This document shows, one piece after another, positions 21,641 through 32,267 of a stretch of DNA of 64,000 nt (positions are counted from its first letter, which is position 1; each line of letters starts with the position of its first letter). A model generated the notes under the pieces. That model did no database searches and had not been told where the DNA came from. It saw nothing but the letters and a program-made list of their open reading frames with translations. This stretch comes from an uncultured Gammaproteobacteria bacterium (GTDB lineage Bacteria > Pseudomonadota > Gammaproteobacteria > CAWCPV01). The stretch spans positions 192,001 through 256,000 of the forward strand of contig CAWCPV010000003.1 in the NCBI GenBank assembly GCA_963797555.1. The letters are read 5' to 3'. Both the position numbers and the translations under genes were made by a program.

Positions 21641-22400
21641 TCACCGAGACGCAACGGCGGCAGCCGCACATAGCTGCTGACCGAGGAACTCTGCACAAGC
21701 TCGTGCGCATCGTGCGACATCGTCGCCCGTTCGCGGGACGACGACCGGAGCCTTGCGGAGACTCAGCAGGATGGCCCCGTCGTCGGACCTGCGCGCGGCG
21801 AAGTACAAGACAGGTGTCCGCGTGAGTCTGGCCAGGTGAAACACCGCGTGGGACACATAACGCACGCACGGCCCGAAGCCGAAACGAGTTCCATCGGCCG
21901 TGGCTACAGGCGAATCGACATCGAGGACCAGGACCCGGCCGGACCGCATCTCGCCCCTCGCACGAAGGAGCACGCTGGCAGAGCTTGGCAGATGCCGGAC
22001 GGAGTGTCGGGTGCCCCAGGCCCAGCTCCCCGGGAAACGCGCGTCAATCGGCATGGGGCCGGTGATGATCGTCGAACCCAGCCCACGGTCCTCCAGCACC
22101 CGGAGCATGACGCGATTCAGGGGGTAGTGGGCACTGCAAAGGATAGCTCGCCCGTGTACGGCGTAGTATTCCGTCAGCAGCTCGATGCCGTCGAGGCGCA
22201 CCCTGGGAGTGAAACGAGCCCCGAAATAAGTGAGGGCAGTGAGCAAATTCCTCAGGGCCAACCCTTCGAGGTCATCGGGAGGCAGCCAAGTGGACGACAC
22301 GCCCAATCCGACTCTCTTCAAGCCGCGAGCCGCCAAGGCGAGCGCTCTGCTCAGCCGCACCGCGAGCGGGTACAGCGATCCGACGGTACTGTGGAAGCCA
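21641..22400 (-). CDS. Lysophospholipid/lipid A acyltransferase-like protein (start uncertain)
   Basis: GRAILCSAHY, ASVLLRARGEMRSGRVLVLDVD, AVFHLARLTRTPVLYF pattern of LPLAT-fold proteins. Confidence 0.5.
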
Positions 22401-22762
22401 GGGACCAGGCAAGTGCGGCCAGCGCTCCAGTCTGAAGCCGTCTTGGGAAGTCGGCCGCACGCATTCAGCGCTGGGCGCTCGGTAAACTCATCTTCCCCCA
22501 CGGGCCTGGCGGAATGCCCGCCAAGCCGCAGCCCCGGTGTTCCGCTCCACCGGCCGTCCACTGGGCGGATACGAGCAGCGTGCTAGCGAACACGTCCATC
22601 AGTACGCTTTCAGTGACTATCTTGTGTTCCTGCCACGGCGAAACAGTGGTTTCCGTTCGCGAACGACACTGCTCGCTCCAGCCATCTGACGGGGCTACGC
22701 AGAGCTTTGACGTGTCGCGTGCTGAGCCGCTTCAGCGGCAGCCGCGGCACCCGCCCGGTCCT

Positions 22763-23093
22763 CAATGCGCGGGGCGCAGACGCGCGTCGACCGCGCAGCA
22801 GATTTCCTGGGGCACGACCCCCTCCCGCCGCTCGTTCCAGGGGCGTGTGGCGTTCACCCCGGGCGCCGTGGCGAGCATGACCGGGACCTTCGGTGAGGCG
22901 GCTCGAGTCCTGACCGGAAATGTCCGCGCCCGCTTCCTCCATGACGGCGATGGCTCGGGCGTTCTTGCCGTCGGCCTCGATGCCGGCCGAGTCCACCGCC
23001 AGCCAGTCGGGCGCGAGCCGCCTGGCCCACCCCTGGGCCATCTGGGAACGGCAGGAGTTGCCGGTGCAGAGGAACAGCAGCCGCGTCGTCGTG
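22763..23093 (-). pseudogene. arsC: Arsenate reductase (LMWP type) remnant
   Basis: [20 protein letters not shown]...[31 protein letters not shown]; C-terminal half deleted; no clean start codon. Confidence 0.8.
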
Positions 23094-23360
23094 CTCCCTC
23101 AGCGGGCGCAGTGCGGCGGCATGTCGGCGCCGCAGCATGCGGCGCGTGCCGCATCCTGCGACGCATCGCCGTAACCCGGGGCGGGTGCCAGGGTATGAAA
23201 GGCTTCCCAAACGATGCCCTGGGGATCTATACGCATGAAAGCGAATATATGGAGATCCAGACGTGCGGTCAACGCGCGAGCGACCGCGGGAGGCTGCCGG
23301 AGCGCCTAAGCCCGGCCCTGCTGGGCACAGCACCTTGCGGGTCGAAGCGCACTGAGTTCG

Positions 23361-23379
23361 CGGTCAGAACCGCAGTGTC
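23361..23379 (+). repeat. 19-bp direct repeat, copy 1
   Basis: CGGTCAGAACCGCAGTGTC is identical at 24949-24967; both copies preceded by GCGCACT(C)GAGT. Confidence 0.8.
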
Positions 23380-23436
23380 GCCTTCAGCCACTCGGGGTAT
23401 AGAGAACGCGCGGGGGCCGAGGCGAGCTGAAGGGTC

Positions 23437-24177
23437 TCACCGAGCCGCAAGGTAGCGCTTGAGGGCTGCGGCATTGCGCACCGCATGCCCGCCTAGGTCG
23501 TTGTTGAAGTGTGCAAATACGTCGAGGCCGCGCCGTAAGTAGTCCCGTATGCGTGCCGCCTGGGCGGTGAGGAACTGCGGCGAATAGCTGCCGCCGTACC
23601 GGTCCCCGTGGAACCGCAGGTAAGTCCAGTCCGCTGTAATGCGCCTGGGGTGTTCCGCAAGCATGTCGTGGATGCAGAGTGCCGCATTGTGCTCCTCCAG
23701 AATGGCGAATACCTCGTCGATCAGCCAACTCGGGTCGCGAAGCTCGATGCTCCATCGAAATTCTCTATGCGCCGAGTTCAGGAAGCCGGCTAGCCGCTCG
23801 GTGCTCACCTTCCAGCGCGGCGGCAACTGCACGAGGATCGGACCGAGGAAGTTCGCCAGTCCCCGCGCCCGATCGAGAAAGCTGTCGACGAGTCGCCCGG
23901 CGTCCTTCAGGCGTTTGATGTGCGTCCCGTAGCGGCTGAACTTGAGGGCGTAACAAAAGCCTGCCGGCGCCTGATTCCTCCACACCTCGAACGTGGAGGC
24001 CGCGGGCAGATGGTAGAAGGTGGTGTTGATCTCGACCGTGTCGAACTCCCTGGCATAGTGCTCGAACCAGCGCTGCCTTGGGAGATCCTCGGGATAGAAC
24101 AGGCCCTTCCAATGGTCGTACTGATAGCCGGACGTACCGATGCGCAGTCCGCCGAGGCTCGGTCCGCGGTCACTCAT
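23437..24177 (-). CDS. DUF72 (YecE-like) protein
   Basis: RIGTSGYQYDHWKGLFYP, FDTVEINTTFYHLP, LGPILVQLPP, ELRDPSW, YLRFHG, FNNDLGGHAVRNA. Confidence 0.92.
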   Translation of the reverse strand: MSDRGPSLGGLRIGTSGYQYDHWKGLFYPEDLPRQRWFEHYAREFDTVEINTTFYHLPAASTFEVWRNQAPAGFCYALKFSRYGTHIKRLKDAGRLVDSFLDRARGLANFLGPILVQLPPRWKVSTERLAGFLNSAHREFRWSIELRDPSWLIDEVFAILEEHNAALCIHDMLAEHPRRITADWTYLRFHGDRYGGSYSPQFLTAQAARIRDYLRRGLDVFAHFNNDLGGHAVRNAAALKRYLAAR

Positions 24178-24549
24178 GGCGGTGGCCATGGGTCTCGCTC
24201 GGGGTCGCACGGCCCTGCACGCCGAGAGGGCGGGATGAGTGCTCTTCATTGCCATGCTCAAGACCACGGCATGCGCCTACGGGGCACGGCTGGGGCGTGG
24301 GTGTCCGACCCACAGGTTTGGCTCGCCCTCCTGTGGGAATTACGGTGGAGTCCTGGGCACCTCTGCGAGCCTGTCCTGACCCTCCAGTCCCTGCTTCACG
24401 CGGCCAGGCGGATTTGCGACATCCGGTGCCTTACAGCTCGAAGCACTGGCACCGGGCACCTCGGGCCAAACGGGCCAGCAGGCAAACCGCGGAGAGGTGG
24501 CTACAGGGTTGACATTCTAAGTCCGAGGCGAAGCCGGAGGGTGACAATT

Positions 24550-24906
24550 ATGCCAGTCGGTCTCAAGAGGGCCTACGACAAGCCGGCTCGGAATGACGGG
24601 TTCCGAGTGTTGGTGGACCGCGTCTGGCCCCGCGGAATACGCAAGGACCAGGCGCACGTGGATGCCTGGATGAAGGACGTTGCGCCCAGCAGCGACCTGC
24701 GCAAGTGGTTCGCCCACGATCCCGCGAAATGGCAGGAGTTCAAGAACAGGTATTTCGCGGAGCTCGACCGTCTGCCCGGGTCGTTGGCGGAGGTGGTCGA
24801 GAAGGCTCGTCAGGCTCGCGTGACCTTGATCTTCGGCGCCAAGGAGAAGCGCTACAACAATGCCGTGGCGCTGAAAGAGTACCTCGAACAGCGGTTCGGG
24901 CTCTGA
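24550..24906 (+). CDS. DUF488 (YeaO-like) protein
   Basis: RBS GGAGG; LKRAYD...DGFRVLVDRVWPRGIRKD...APSSDLRKWFAHDPAKWQEFKNRYFAEL...NNAVALKEYL. Confidence 0.92.
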   Translation: MPVGLKRAYDKPARNDGFRVLVDRVWPRGIRKDQAHVDAWMKDVAPSSDLRKWFAHDPAKWQEFKNRYFAELDRLPGSLAEVVEKARQARVTLIFGAKEKRYNNAVALKEYLEQRFGL

Positions 24907-24948
24907 CTCCGCCGTGCAGCCCTTCGGGGGGAGGCGCACTCGAGTATT

Positions 24949-24967
24949 CGGTCAGAACCGCAGTGTC
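24949..24967 (+). repeat. 19-bp direct repeat, copy 2
   Basis: Identical to 23361-23379. Confidence 0.8.
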
Positions 24968-25257
24968 ACACGGCGCTCCCGACAATCGAGGCGTGCAGCA
25001 TGCGCCGGTCGTTGTTGCCGTTGCCAAGCGCCACGACGGCTTCGGCTGCCCGCGCAGCGGAAATCGTAGGATGGGCTGAGGCACGAAGCCCATCGACAAT
25101 TGCGCGGAGGCTGATTAGCGGCTCACGTCGAACCCGGGCGAGCGGACTGCGGCTCACCCATCCGCCAGGCCCGTCCGATTCCGAGCCTGTTGTCCGATTC
25201 CGCAAGCGGACCCAGAATGGCCGGTATTCCAGTCAACCAATATTCGCTGGAGCACCT

Positions 25258-25515
25258 ATGAAGACGCTTTGTCTGTCCGAGGCCAAGATGAAACTGAGCG
25301 CGCTGGTCGATGAGGTCAGCAGCACGGATGAGGAGGTGGTCATCACCAAGAACGGAGTCCCTGCGGCCGTGCTGGTGAGTCCAGACGAATTCGACAGTCG
25401 GCGCGAGACCATAGCGATCCGTTTCGATACGGACAGCATGCAAGAGATCCGAGAGGAGCTTAGGGCTCTCAAGGAAGGCCGGGCGTCCATCTACACGCTG
25501 GAGGAGCTGTTCTGA
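25258..25515 (+). CDS. Phd/YefM-family antitoxin (no adjacent toxin)
   Basis: LSEAKMKLSALVDEV...EEVVITKNGVPAAVLVSPDEFD. Confidence 0.88.
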   Translation: MKTLCLSEAKMKLSALVDEVSSTDEEVVITKNGVPAAVLVSPDEFDSRRETIAIRFDTDSMQEIREELRALKEGRASIYTLEELF

Positions 25516-25642
25516 AGATTAGCCCGCTCAAGAGCAGTGAGCCACGGTCTCCGCATCCCGACTGAGTGGGTTATAGTGTAATGCCCTTGCGCGGGCACGG
25601 GCGCCCGCGACCAGGCCAGAACGATAACGGAGGGGTCCGGCG

Positions 25643-28096
25643 TTGCCGCTCACGCTGCAGCAGCTCGAACGCCATCTGTTCGCCGCGGCGGACATCCTGC
25701 GCGGCAAGATGGATGCCTCGGAGTTCAAGGAGTACATCTTCGGGATGCTGTTCCTGAAGCGGTGCTCGGATGTCTTCGAGGGACGCTACTGGCAGATCCT
25801 GGAGCGGGAGCTCAAGAGAGGCCGCGCCGGCGAGGAGGCCGAGAAGCGCGCCGACCACCCGAGCTTTTACGCCGATACCTTCTTCGTGCCGCCCGAGGCG
25901 CGCTGGGAGCATCTGCGCGACGAGCTGCACCATAACGTCGGTGACGGTCTGAACAAGGCCCTGGCGGCCCTCGAAGAGGCGAACACGAGCCTGGAGGGGG
26001 TGCTCACCCACATCGACTTCAACCGCCGCGTCGGCCAGAGCCGCATCCCGGACCAGCGGCTGCGGGACCTCATCCGCCATTTCTCGAAGTACCGGCTGCG
26101 CAATGAGGACTTCGAGTTCCCCGACCTGCTCGGCGCCGCCTACGAGTATCTGATCCGGGACTTCGCCGACTCGGCCGGCAAGAAGGGCGGCGAGTTCTAT
26201 ACCCCGCGCCCGGTGGTGCGCATGATGGTGCGCATCGCGAAGCCCGCCGAGGGCATGCGCATCTACGATCCCTGCTCGGGCTCCGGCGGCATGCTGGTGC
26301 TCTCCAAGGAGTACCTGGACGAGCACCGCCTGAACTCCCGCAACATCCGCCTTTTCGGACAGGAGTCGAACGGCGGCGTGTGGTCCATTTCCAAGATGAA
26401 CATGCTGCTCCACGGCATCCCCGATGCCGACATCCGCAACGAGGACACCCTGGCCCGCCCCGAGCACGTCGAGGGCGGGGAGCTGATGCGCTTCGACCGG
26501 GTGATCACCAATCCGCCCTTCAGCCAGAACTACGCCCGCGAGGGCATGCTGTTCCCCGAGCGCTTCCGCTACGGTTTCTGCCCCGAGAGCGGCAAGAAGG
26601 CGGACCTGATGTTCGTCCAGCACATGCTCGCGGTGCTGCGCCCCGGCGGCATGGTGGTCACGGTCATGCCCCACGGGGTGCTGTTCCGCGGCGGGGTGGA
26701 GAAGCAAATCCGCTCCGCCTTCCTCGACGACGACCTCCTCGATGCGGTCATCGGGCTCGGGCCGAACCTGTTCTACGGCACTGGCATTCCCGCCTGCATC
26801 CTGGTGCTTCGCGCCCCGGGGGCCAAGCCTCCCGAGCGCCGGGGCAAGGTGCTCTTCATCAATGCCGACCGCGAATACCACGAGGGCCGGGCGCAGAACT
26901 ACCTGTACCCCGAGCACATCCAGAAGATCGTGTCGAGCTACGAAGCCTTCGAAGACATCCCGACCTTCGCCCGCATCGTGACCCGCGAGGACCTGTCCGA
27001 GAACGACGACAACCTCAACATCCGCCGCCATGCCGACAACGCCCCGCCGCCCGAGCCCCACGACGTGCGGGCGCACCTGTTCGGAGGCATCCCGAGGGCG
27101 GAGGTGGAGGCCAAGGCCGAGCTGTACGCCGCCCACGGGCTGGACCCCGGAGCGCTGCTGCGCCCGCACGGCAATTCGGGCTCCGGAGTCGCGGAGGCGC
27201 CGGTCCGATACGCGGCGGCCATCGATGAGCGCTACGTCGAGTTCGCCGAGAACCTCGAGGAGAAAGGCGAGATCAAGCGCCGCATCGAGTCCGACCCGGG
27301 CGTGCTCGCCAAGGAGCGGGCGCTGGCCGAGGCAGTCGAACGCTGGTGGCGCGAGAGCCAATCCGGAATCGCCCGGCTCCCCGACACCCAGACGCTGATG
27401 ACGCTGCGGGCCGAGCTTCTCGACACCTTCGAGGCCGCCCTGCGCCCGGTGGGACTGCTCGACCGCTTCAAGGTCTCGGGTGTCATCGCGTCCTGGTGGG
27501 GCCAGGAGCAGAACGACCTGCGCACGCTCGCTGCGCGCGGCTTCGAGGGGCTCATCGACGCCTGGATGACCAGCATTCTCACAGCCCTCGAAGAGAACGG
27601 GTCCAAGGCCGATCCCCTCGACCACAAGCTGGTCAAGCGGCTGCTGCCGGAATACCTGGACGAGATTGCCGAGCTGGAAGCCAAGAAGGCCGAGCTGGAT
27701 GCGACCCTTAAAGGGGCTTCTGCGGCCGAAGACGAGGAGGAAGACGGCAGCGAGTCGGAGGACGAAATCTCCGAGGAGGAGCTGAAGGCTCTCAAGAACG
27801 AGCTGAGGGAGGTGAAGCAAAGCCTCAAGACCAAGCAACGGAACTTCGTCGGGCGAGTGAAGGAGGCCCGTGCCGAGATAGACGAAGCCGGCGCCAAAGA
27901 CCTCGTGCTCGGAATCCTGCGCAGCGACCTGGACGAGATCCTCGGACGCTACGTGGCCGAGCATCGGAACCAGGTGATCGCGGCATTCGAGACTTGGTGG
28001 GACAAGTACCGGGTGCCGCTTGCGAGTATCGAGGGGGAGCGGGATGCGGCGGCGGAGAGGTTACGGAGGTTTCTTGCGGGCCTGAGGTATGCGTGA
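25643..28096 (+). CDS. hsdM: Type I restriction-modification methyltransferase subunit (long form)
   Basis: [43 protein letters not shown] (motif I), ITNPPF (motif IV, m6A). Confidence 0.95.
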   Translation: MPLTLQQLERHLFAAADILRGKMDASEFKEYIFGMLFLKRCSDVFEGRYWQILERELKRGRAGEEAEKRADHPSFYADTFFVPPEARWEHLRDELHHNVGDGLNKALAALEEANTSLEGVLTHIDFNRRVGQSRIPDQRLRDLIRHFSKYRLRNEDFEFPDLLGAAYEYLIRDFADSAGKKGGEFYTPRPVVRMMVRIAKPAEGMRIYDPCSGSGGMLVLSKEYLDEHRLNSRNIRLFGQESNGGVWSISKMNMLLHGIPDADIRNEDTLARPEHVEGGELMRFDRVITNPPFSQNYAREGMLFPERFRYGFCPESGKKADLMFVQHMLAVLRPGGMVVTVMPHGVLFRGGVEKQIRSAFLDDDLLDAVIGLGPNLFYGTGIPACILVLRAPGAKPPERRGKVLFINADREYHEGRAQNYLYPEHIQKIVSSYEAFEDIPTFARIVTREDLSENDDNLNIRRHADNAPPPEPHDVRAHLFGGIPRAEVEAKAELYAAHGLDPGALLRPHGNSGSGVAEAPVRYAAAIDERYVEFAENLEEKGEIKRRIESDPGVLAKERALAEAVERWWRESQSGIARLPDTQTLMTLRAELLDTFEAALRPVGLLDRFKVSGVIASWWGQEQNDLRTLAARGFEGLIDAWMTSILTALEENGSKADPLDHKLVKRLLPEYLDEIAELEAKKAELDATLKGASAAEDEEEDGSESEDEISEEELKALKNELREVKQSLKTKQRNFVGRVKEARAEIDEAGAKDLVLGILRSDLDEILGRYVAEHRNQVIAAFETWWDKYRVPLASIEGERDAAAERLRRFLAGLRYA

Positions 28097-29411
28097 CGGT
28101 CATGATTCGGGGCTTTTGACGCTGAGGGACGTAGCCGGTCCCGACCCGAACTCGTTCGTGGATAGCCCCTTCGGCTCCAACTTGCGCTCGACCGAGTACA
28201 GTGAATTCGGCGTGCGGCTGGTGCAGCTCCAGAACATCGGTGATGGCTACTGGATTAACGACAATCAGAAATATATATCCGCCGCAAAGTTCCGGGCTCT
28301 TAGGCGCCATGGCGCTCTGCCTGGCGACATCGCCATCGCCAAGATGGCAGACCCCGTAGCGAGAGCATGCCTTCTGCCGAAAGTCGCTGAGCAATTCTTG
28401 GTTGTTGCTGACTGCATGAAGCTGACACCGGACAGTAAGCGCTTCGACCCGCGCTATCTGGTCCATGCTATCAATTCTCATCACACTCGACGGGAGGCCG
28501 AACGCAAGAGTACGGGGACGACGCGTCTTCGCATCAACCTGAGTGTCCTCAAAACTGTCCACATATGGGCACCTTCCTTAGGCGAACAACGCCTCATCGC
28601 CGAGATCCTTGACACCCTGGACGAGGCCATCCGTAAGACGGAGCAGATCATCGCCAAGCTCAAGCAGATCAAGGAGGGACTGCTCCACGACCTGCTCACC
28701 CGTGGGATCGACGAGAACGGCGAGCTGCGCGATCCCGAGCAGCACCCGGAGCAGTTCAAGGACTCGCCGCTGGGGCGGATTCCTGAGGCGTGGCAAGCTC
28801 TGAAGCTCGGCGAGATCACGACCTGGTTGTCTGGCGGCACGCCCTCCAAGGCCCTGCCCGCCTTTTGGGGCGGACGTATTCCGTGGGTGAGCCCCAAGGA
28901 CATAAAGGTGTTCCGTATCGGGAGCGCGCAGGACACGGTTACGGAAGCGGGTATAGCTGCGGGTTCGCGCATTGCCCCTGAAAAATCAGTTCTTTTAGTT
29001 GTGCGGGGCATGATTCTCGCGCACACCTTCCCAGTGTGCCTCACAACCAAGCCAGTTGCTTTCAATCAGGACGTGAAGGCCGTGATGCCCCGCCCTGATG
29101 TGGACAGCCGCTACCTAGGGCACTGGTTCGTCGGGAACTCCCAGCGGATGCTGGGTCTCGTAACCGACGCAACGCATGGCACGAAACGGATCGATCTCAA
29201 CGACCTTAAAGGCTTCAAGCTCGCACTTCCGCCCATCGCAGAGCAGCAATGCATTGCCAACATCCTTGACGCGCATGGCGAGTGTGTTTATCGAGAGAAG
29301 CAGAATGCGGAGAAACTGCACACGCTCAAACAGGGTCTCATGGACGACCTCCTCACCGGCCGCGTCCGCGTCACCCCACTCCTCGAAAAGACCTCGGAGG
29401 CCGTCGCATGA
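28089..29411 (+). CDS. hsdS: Type I R-M specificity subunit
   Basis: Two target-recognition domains separated by conserved [41 protein letters not shown]; ends [16 protein letters not shown]. Confidence 0.95.
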   Translation: MRDGHDSGLLTLRDVAGPDPNSFVDSPFGSNLRSTEYSEFGVRLVQLQNIGDGYWINDNQKYISAAKFRALRRHGALPGDIAIAKMADPVARACLLPKVAEQFLVVADCMKLTPDSKRFDPRYLVHAINSHHTRREAERKSTGTTRLRINLSVLKTVHIWAPSLGEQRLIAEILDTLDEAIRKTEQIIAKLKQIKEGLLHDLLTRGIDENGELRDPEQHPEQFKDSPLGRIPEAWQALKLGEITTWLSGGTPSKALPAFWGGRIPWVSPKDIKVFRIGSAQDTVTEAGIAAGSRIAPEKSVLLVVRGMILAHTFPVCLTTKPVAFNQDVKAVMPRPDVDSRYLGHWFVGNSQRMLGLVTDATHGTKRIDLNDLKGFKLALPPIAEQQCIANILDAHGECVYREKQNAEKLHTLKQGLMDDLLTGRVRVTPLLEKTSEAVA

Positions 29412-31390
29412 AGATCTCGACCATCCTCGACAACATCGATATCGGCGCGATGGCGCTCCCCGAGTTCCAGCGAGGCTATGTCTGGAACCGGGATCAGGTG
29501 CGCAACCTGATGGACTCTCTCTACCGCCGGCACCCGGTGGGCAGCCTGCTCGTCTGGGTGACCGAGTCCAAGGGGGCCGAGACGCGTGGTGATGGCGCGC
29601 TTGCGCCTGGCGTGGTCAAGCTCCTCTTGGACGGCCAGCAGCGGATGACCTCTCTGTATGGGATTGTCAGGGGAAAGCCGCCGCAGTTCTTCGACGGCAA
29701 CGACCAAGCCTTCACCGGCCTGCGCTTTCACGTGGAGAACCAGGAATTCGCCTTCTACCAGCCCATCAAGATGAAGGACGACCGGCTCTGGATCGATGTC
29801 TCGGAGCTGATGCAGGCAGGCACCGACGGCCTCGGCGCCTACCTTGCGCAGTTCGCCGCGGCCCCCGCCCTGACGCCGAAGGTCGGCAGCTATGCGGGCC
29901 GGCTGAGCCAGCTCCTCGGCATCCGCGAGATCGATCTCCACGTCGAGGAGGTGACCGGCGCGGACAAGAGCGTCGATGTGGTGGTGGACATCTTCAACCG
30001 GGTCAACAGCGGGGGCACGAAGCTCTCGAAGGGCGATTTCGCGCTGGCCAAGATCTGCGCGGAGTGGGCGGCGGCCCGAGACACCATGAAGGCGGCGCTC
30101 GCCAGGTGGCGGGCGGTAGACTTCCACTTCAGCCTCGACTGGCTGCTCCGCAACGTCAACACGGTCACGACCGGCGAGGCCCTGTTCGGCGCGCTTCACG
30201 ACGTCCCGGCCGAAAGGTTCCAGGAAGGGCTGAAGCGCGGCGAGAAGGCCGTGGACTACCTTCTCAACGTGGTGTCCGGGCGGCTCGGCCTGGACCATGA
30301 CCGGGTACTGTTCGGGCGCTATGCCTTCCCGGTCATGGCCCGCTATGTGGACCGGCGGGGCGGCAGGCTCGGAGACGCCAGGGAACAGGACCGCCTGCTG
30401 TTCTGGTATCTGCACAGCGCCCTGTGGGGCCGGTTCTCGGGCTCCACCGAGACCGTCATCAACCAGGACCTGAAGGTGCTGGAGGACTTGGAGGGCGGCA
30501 TCGACCGGCTGATCCAGGAACTGCGGCTGTGGTGCGGCGATCTCACCATCCGGCCGGCCCATTTCGGCGGCTGGAGCCTGGGGGCTCGGTTCTACCCCAT
30601 GCTGTATCTGCTGACGCGCGTCGGCGAGGCGCGGGACTGGGGGACGGGGTTGCCGCTGAAGAGCGGGCTGCTCGGCAAGCTCAACCGGCTCGAGGTCCAC
30701 CACATCTTCCCCCGCGCCCTCCTCTACAAGCGCGGCTACGCTCGGCCCCAGGTCAACGCCGTGGCCAATTTCTGCTTCCTCACGCAAGGGACCAACCTCT
30801 CCATCCGCGACACGGCCCCCGAGGTGTACTTCGAGAAGCGAGACCGACCATCCGGGGGCGCTCGCCAGCCAGTGGATTCCCTTGGACCGGAACCTGTGGC
30901 GCGTGGAGCACTATCCCGACTTCCTGGAGGCCCGCAGGGTCCTTCTGGCGGAGGCCGCGAATGCCCTCTTGGAGGAGCTGTACCACGCGCCCGTCGAGAT
31001 GCCGGCCGCCGAGGTGCCGGAGTTCGTCGCGCCAGCCCCTGGGGCGCCTGCCGCCGTCGAGCAGGTGCCGGGGGCCGTTGCCGGCGGGGTGGAAAGCGAG
31101 GAGGAAGAACGGCTGCTCTTGGACCTGCGGGACTGGGTCGTGGAGCAGGGCCTTCCCGAAGGCGAGTACGAGTACGAATTGGCCGACCCCGAGACCGGGG
31201 AGGCGATGGCGATCCTCGACCTCGCCTGGCCGAACGGCCTGCAGGAGGGTCTCAGCGAGCCCGTCGCGCTGCTGTTGGGCGAGGCGCCGGAGACCCTCGC
31301 CACCGCCAATCAGGCGGGATACCGGTACTTCACCGACATCGGCTCGTTCAAGCGCTACGTGCAGCGGGAATTGCTGACTTTGGAGAGCTG
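29408..31390 (+). CDS. DUF262 (ParB-like NTPase) plus HNH-like (GmrSD-type) protein with an extra C-terminal domain; frameshift at ~30838
   Basis: LPEFQRGYVW, LLDGQQRMTS, IFNRVNSGGTKLS, LEVHHIFP...ANF...N; second frame continues RNLWRVEHYPDFLEARRVLLA...LDLAWP. Confidence 0.85.
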
Positions 31391-31491
31391 AGGAGTCGTG
31401 AACAAATCGCTCCCTCGCCCCCCGTGGGGAGCGGGCGCGAGGTGAGGCGAATGACTCTGGGCAGCACTCGTCACGTAGGGTGGGTCAACGG

Positions 31492-32012
31492 CTCATCGTT
31501 ATACGCAAGTGACTCCATTCTCGAGGGTGTGGAAATTCGTTTCCCCTCCCTGCGGGAGGGGGACAGGGGAGGGCGATCAAGACAATGGCGCGCAGCACGG
31601 TTGCCGAGTATCTGCGAAAGAACATGACCGACGCCGAGCGTTTGCTCTGGTAACGGCTGAGGCGCAAGCAGATGAAAGGCTACAAGTTCCGACGTCAGTG
31701 CGCCATCGGCCGTTACGTCGTTGACTTTGTCTGCCTGGAAAAAGGCTTGGTGATCGAGGTCGATGGTGGCCAACACGCCGTGCAGCGCGAGGCGGATGCG
31801 GCACGCAGCGCGTGGCTGGCCACGCATGGGTACCAGGTTCTTCGCTTTTGGAATCACGAAGTGCTGCGTGAGACTGAAGCGGTGTTGGAAACCATACGGG
31901 GTCACCTTCTGTAGCCCTTTAGATCGCCCTCCCCCCACCCCCTCCCGTCGGGAGGGGCAGCGGTTCCAGTGCCACGCTCCGAATGGCGGGACGAAGTGCG
32001 TATAACGATGAG
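31492..32012. mobile_element. 521-bp non-autonomous cassette with 16-bp TIRs and 9-bp TSD carrying a DUF559 gene
   Basis: TIR CTCATCGTTATACGCA / TGCGTATAACGATGAG; GGTCAACGG duplicated at 31483-31491 and 32013-32021. Confidence 0.85.
31585..31914 (+). pseudogene. DUF559 (Vsr-like) endonuclease with in-frame TAA at 31651-31653
   Basis: LRKNMTDAERLLW*RLRRKQMKGYKFRRQCAIGRYVVDFVCLEKGLVIEVDGGQH...GYQVLRFWNHEV. Confidence 0.88.
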
Positions 32013-32267
32013 GGTCAACGGAGCGAAGCGGAGTGCAACCCAGCGCTTTGCTCATGCTTTTCGGTGGGTTACGCTAACCCACCCTACGGTAGATCCGCTC
32101 GGGCAATGCCGTGCGCTGGGAAATCGTGCTCCAGGCCCTACACTGAGGTGGGCGGTCACGACGGTGATTCGCAGCACGGTCGTCGTCAATACCAACGTCC
32201 CCCGCCTGCAGGTGCCACCGTGGTCTCGCCAAGGTAGTTCGTCGAGAAACATCTGGCCGAGTGAAAC

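Larger units (their letters stand above)
31474..32088. repeat. GTAG-type REP pair (REPIN-like) interrupted by the cassette below
   Basis: CGTAGGGTGGGT at the left, ACCCACCCTACG at the right; removing 31492-32021 restores GTAGGGTGGGTCAACGGAGCGAAGCGGAGTGCAACCCA. Confidence 0.7.

Noticed and set aside
31651-31653. In-frame stop in DUF559 as a recoding event (selenocysteine or pyrrolysine)
   Set aside because: The codon is TAA, which is not used for either; a nonsense mutation or base error is more likely
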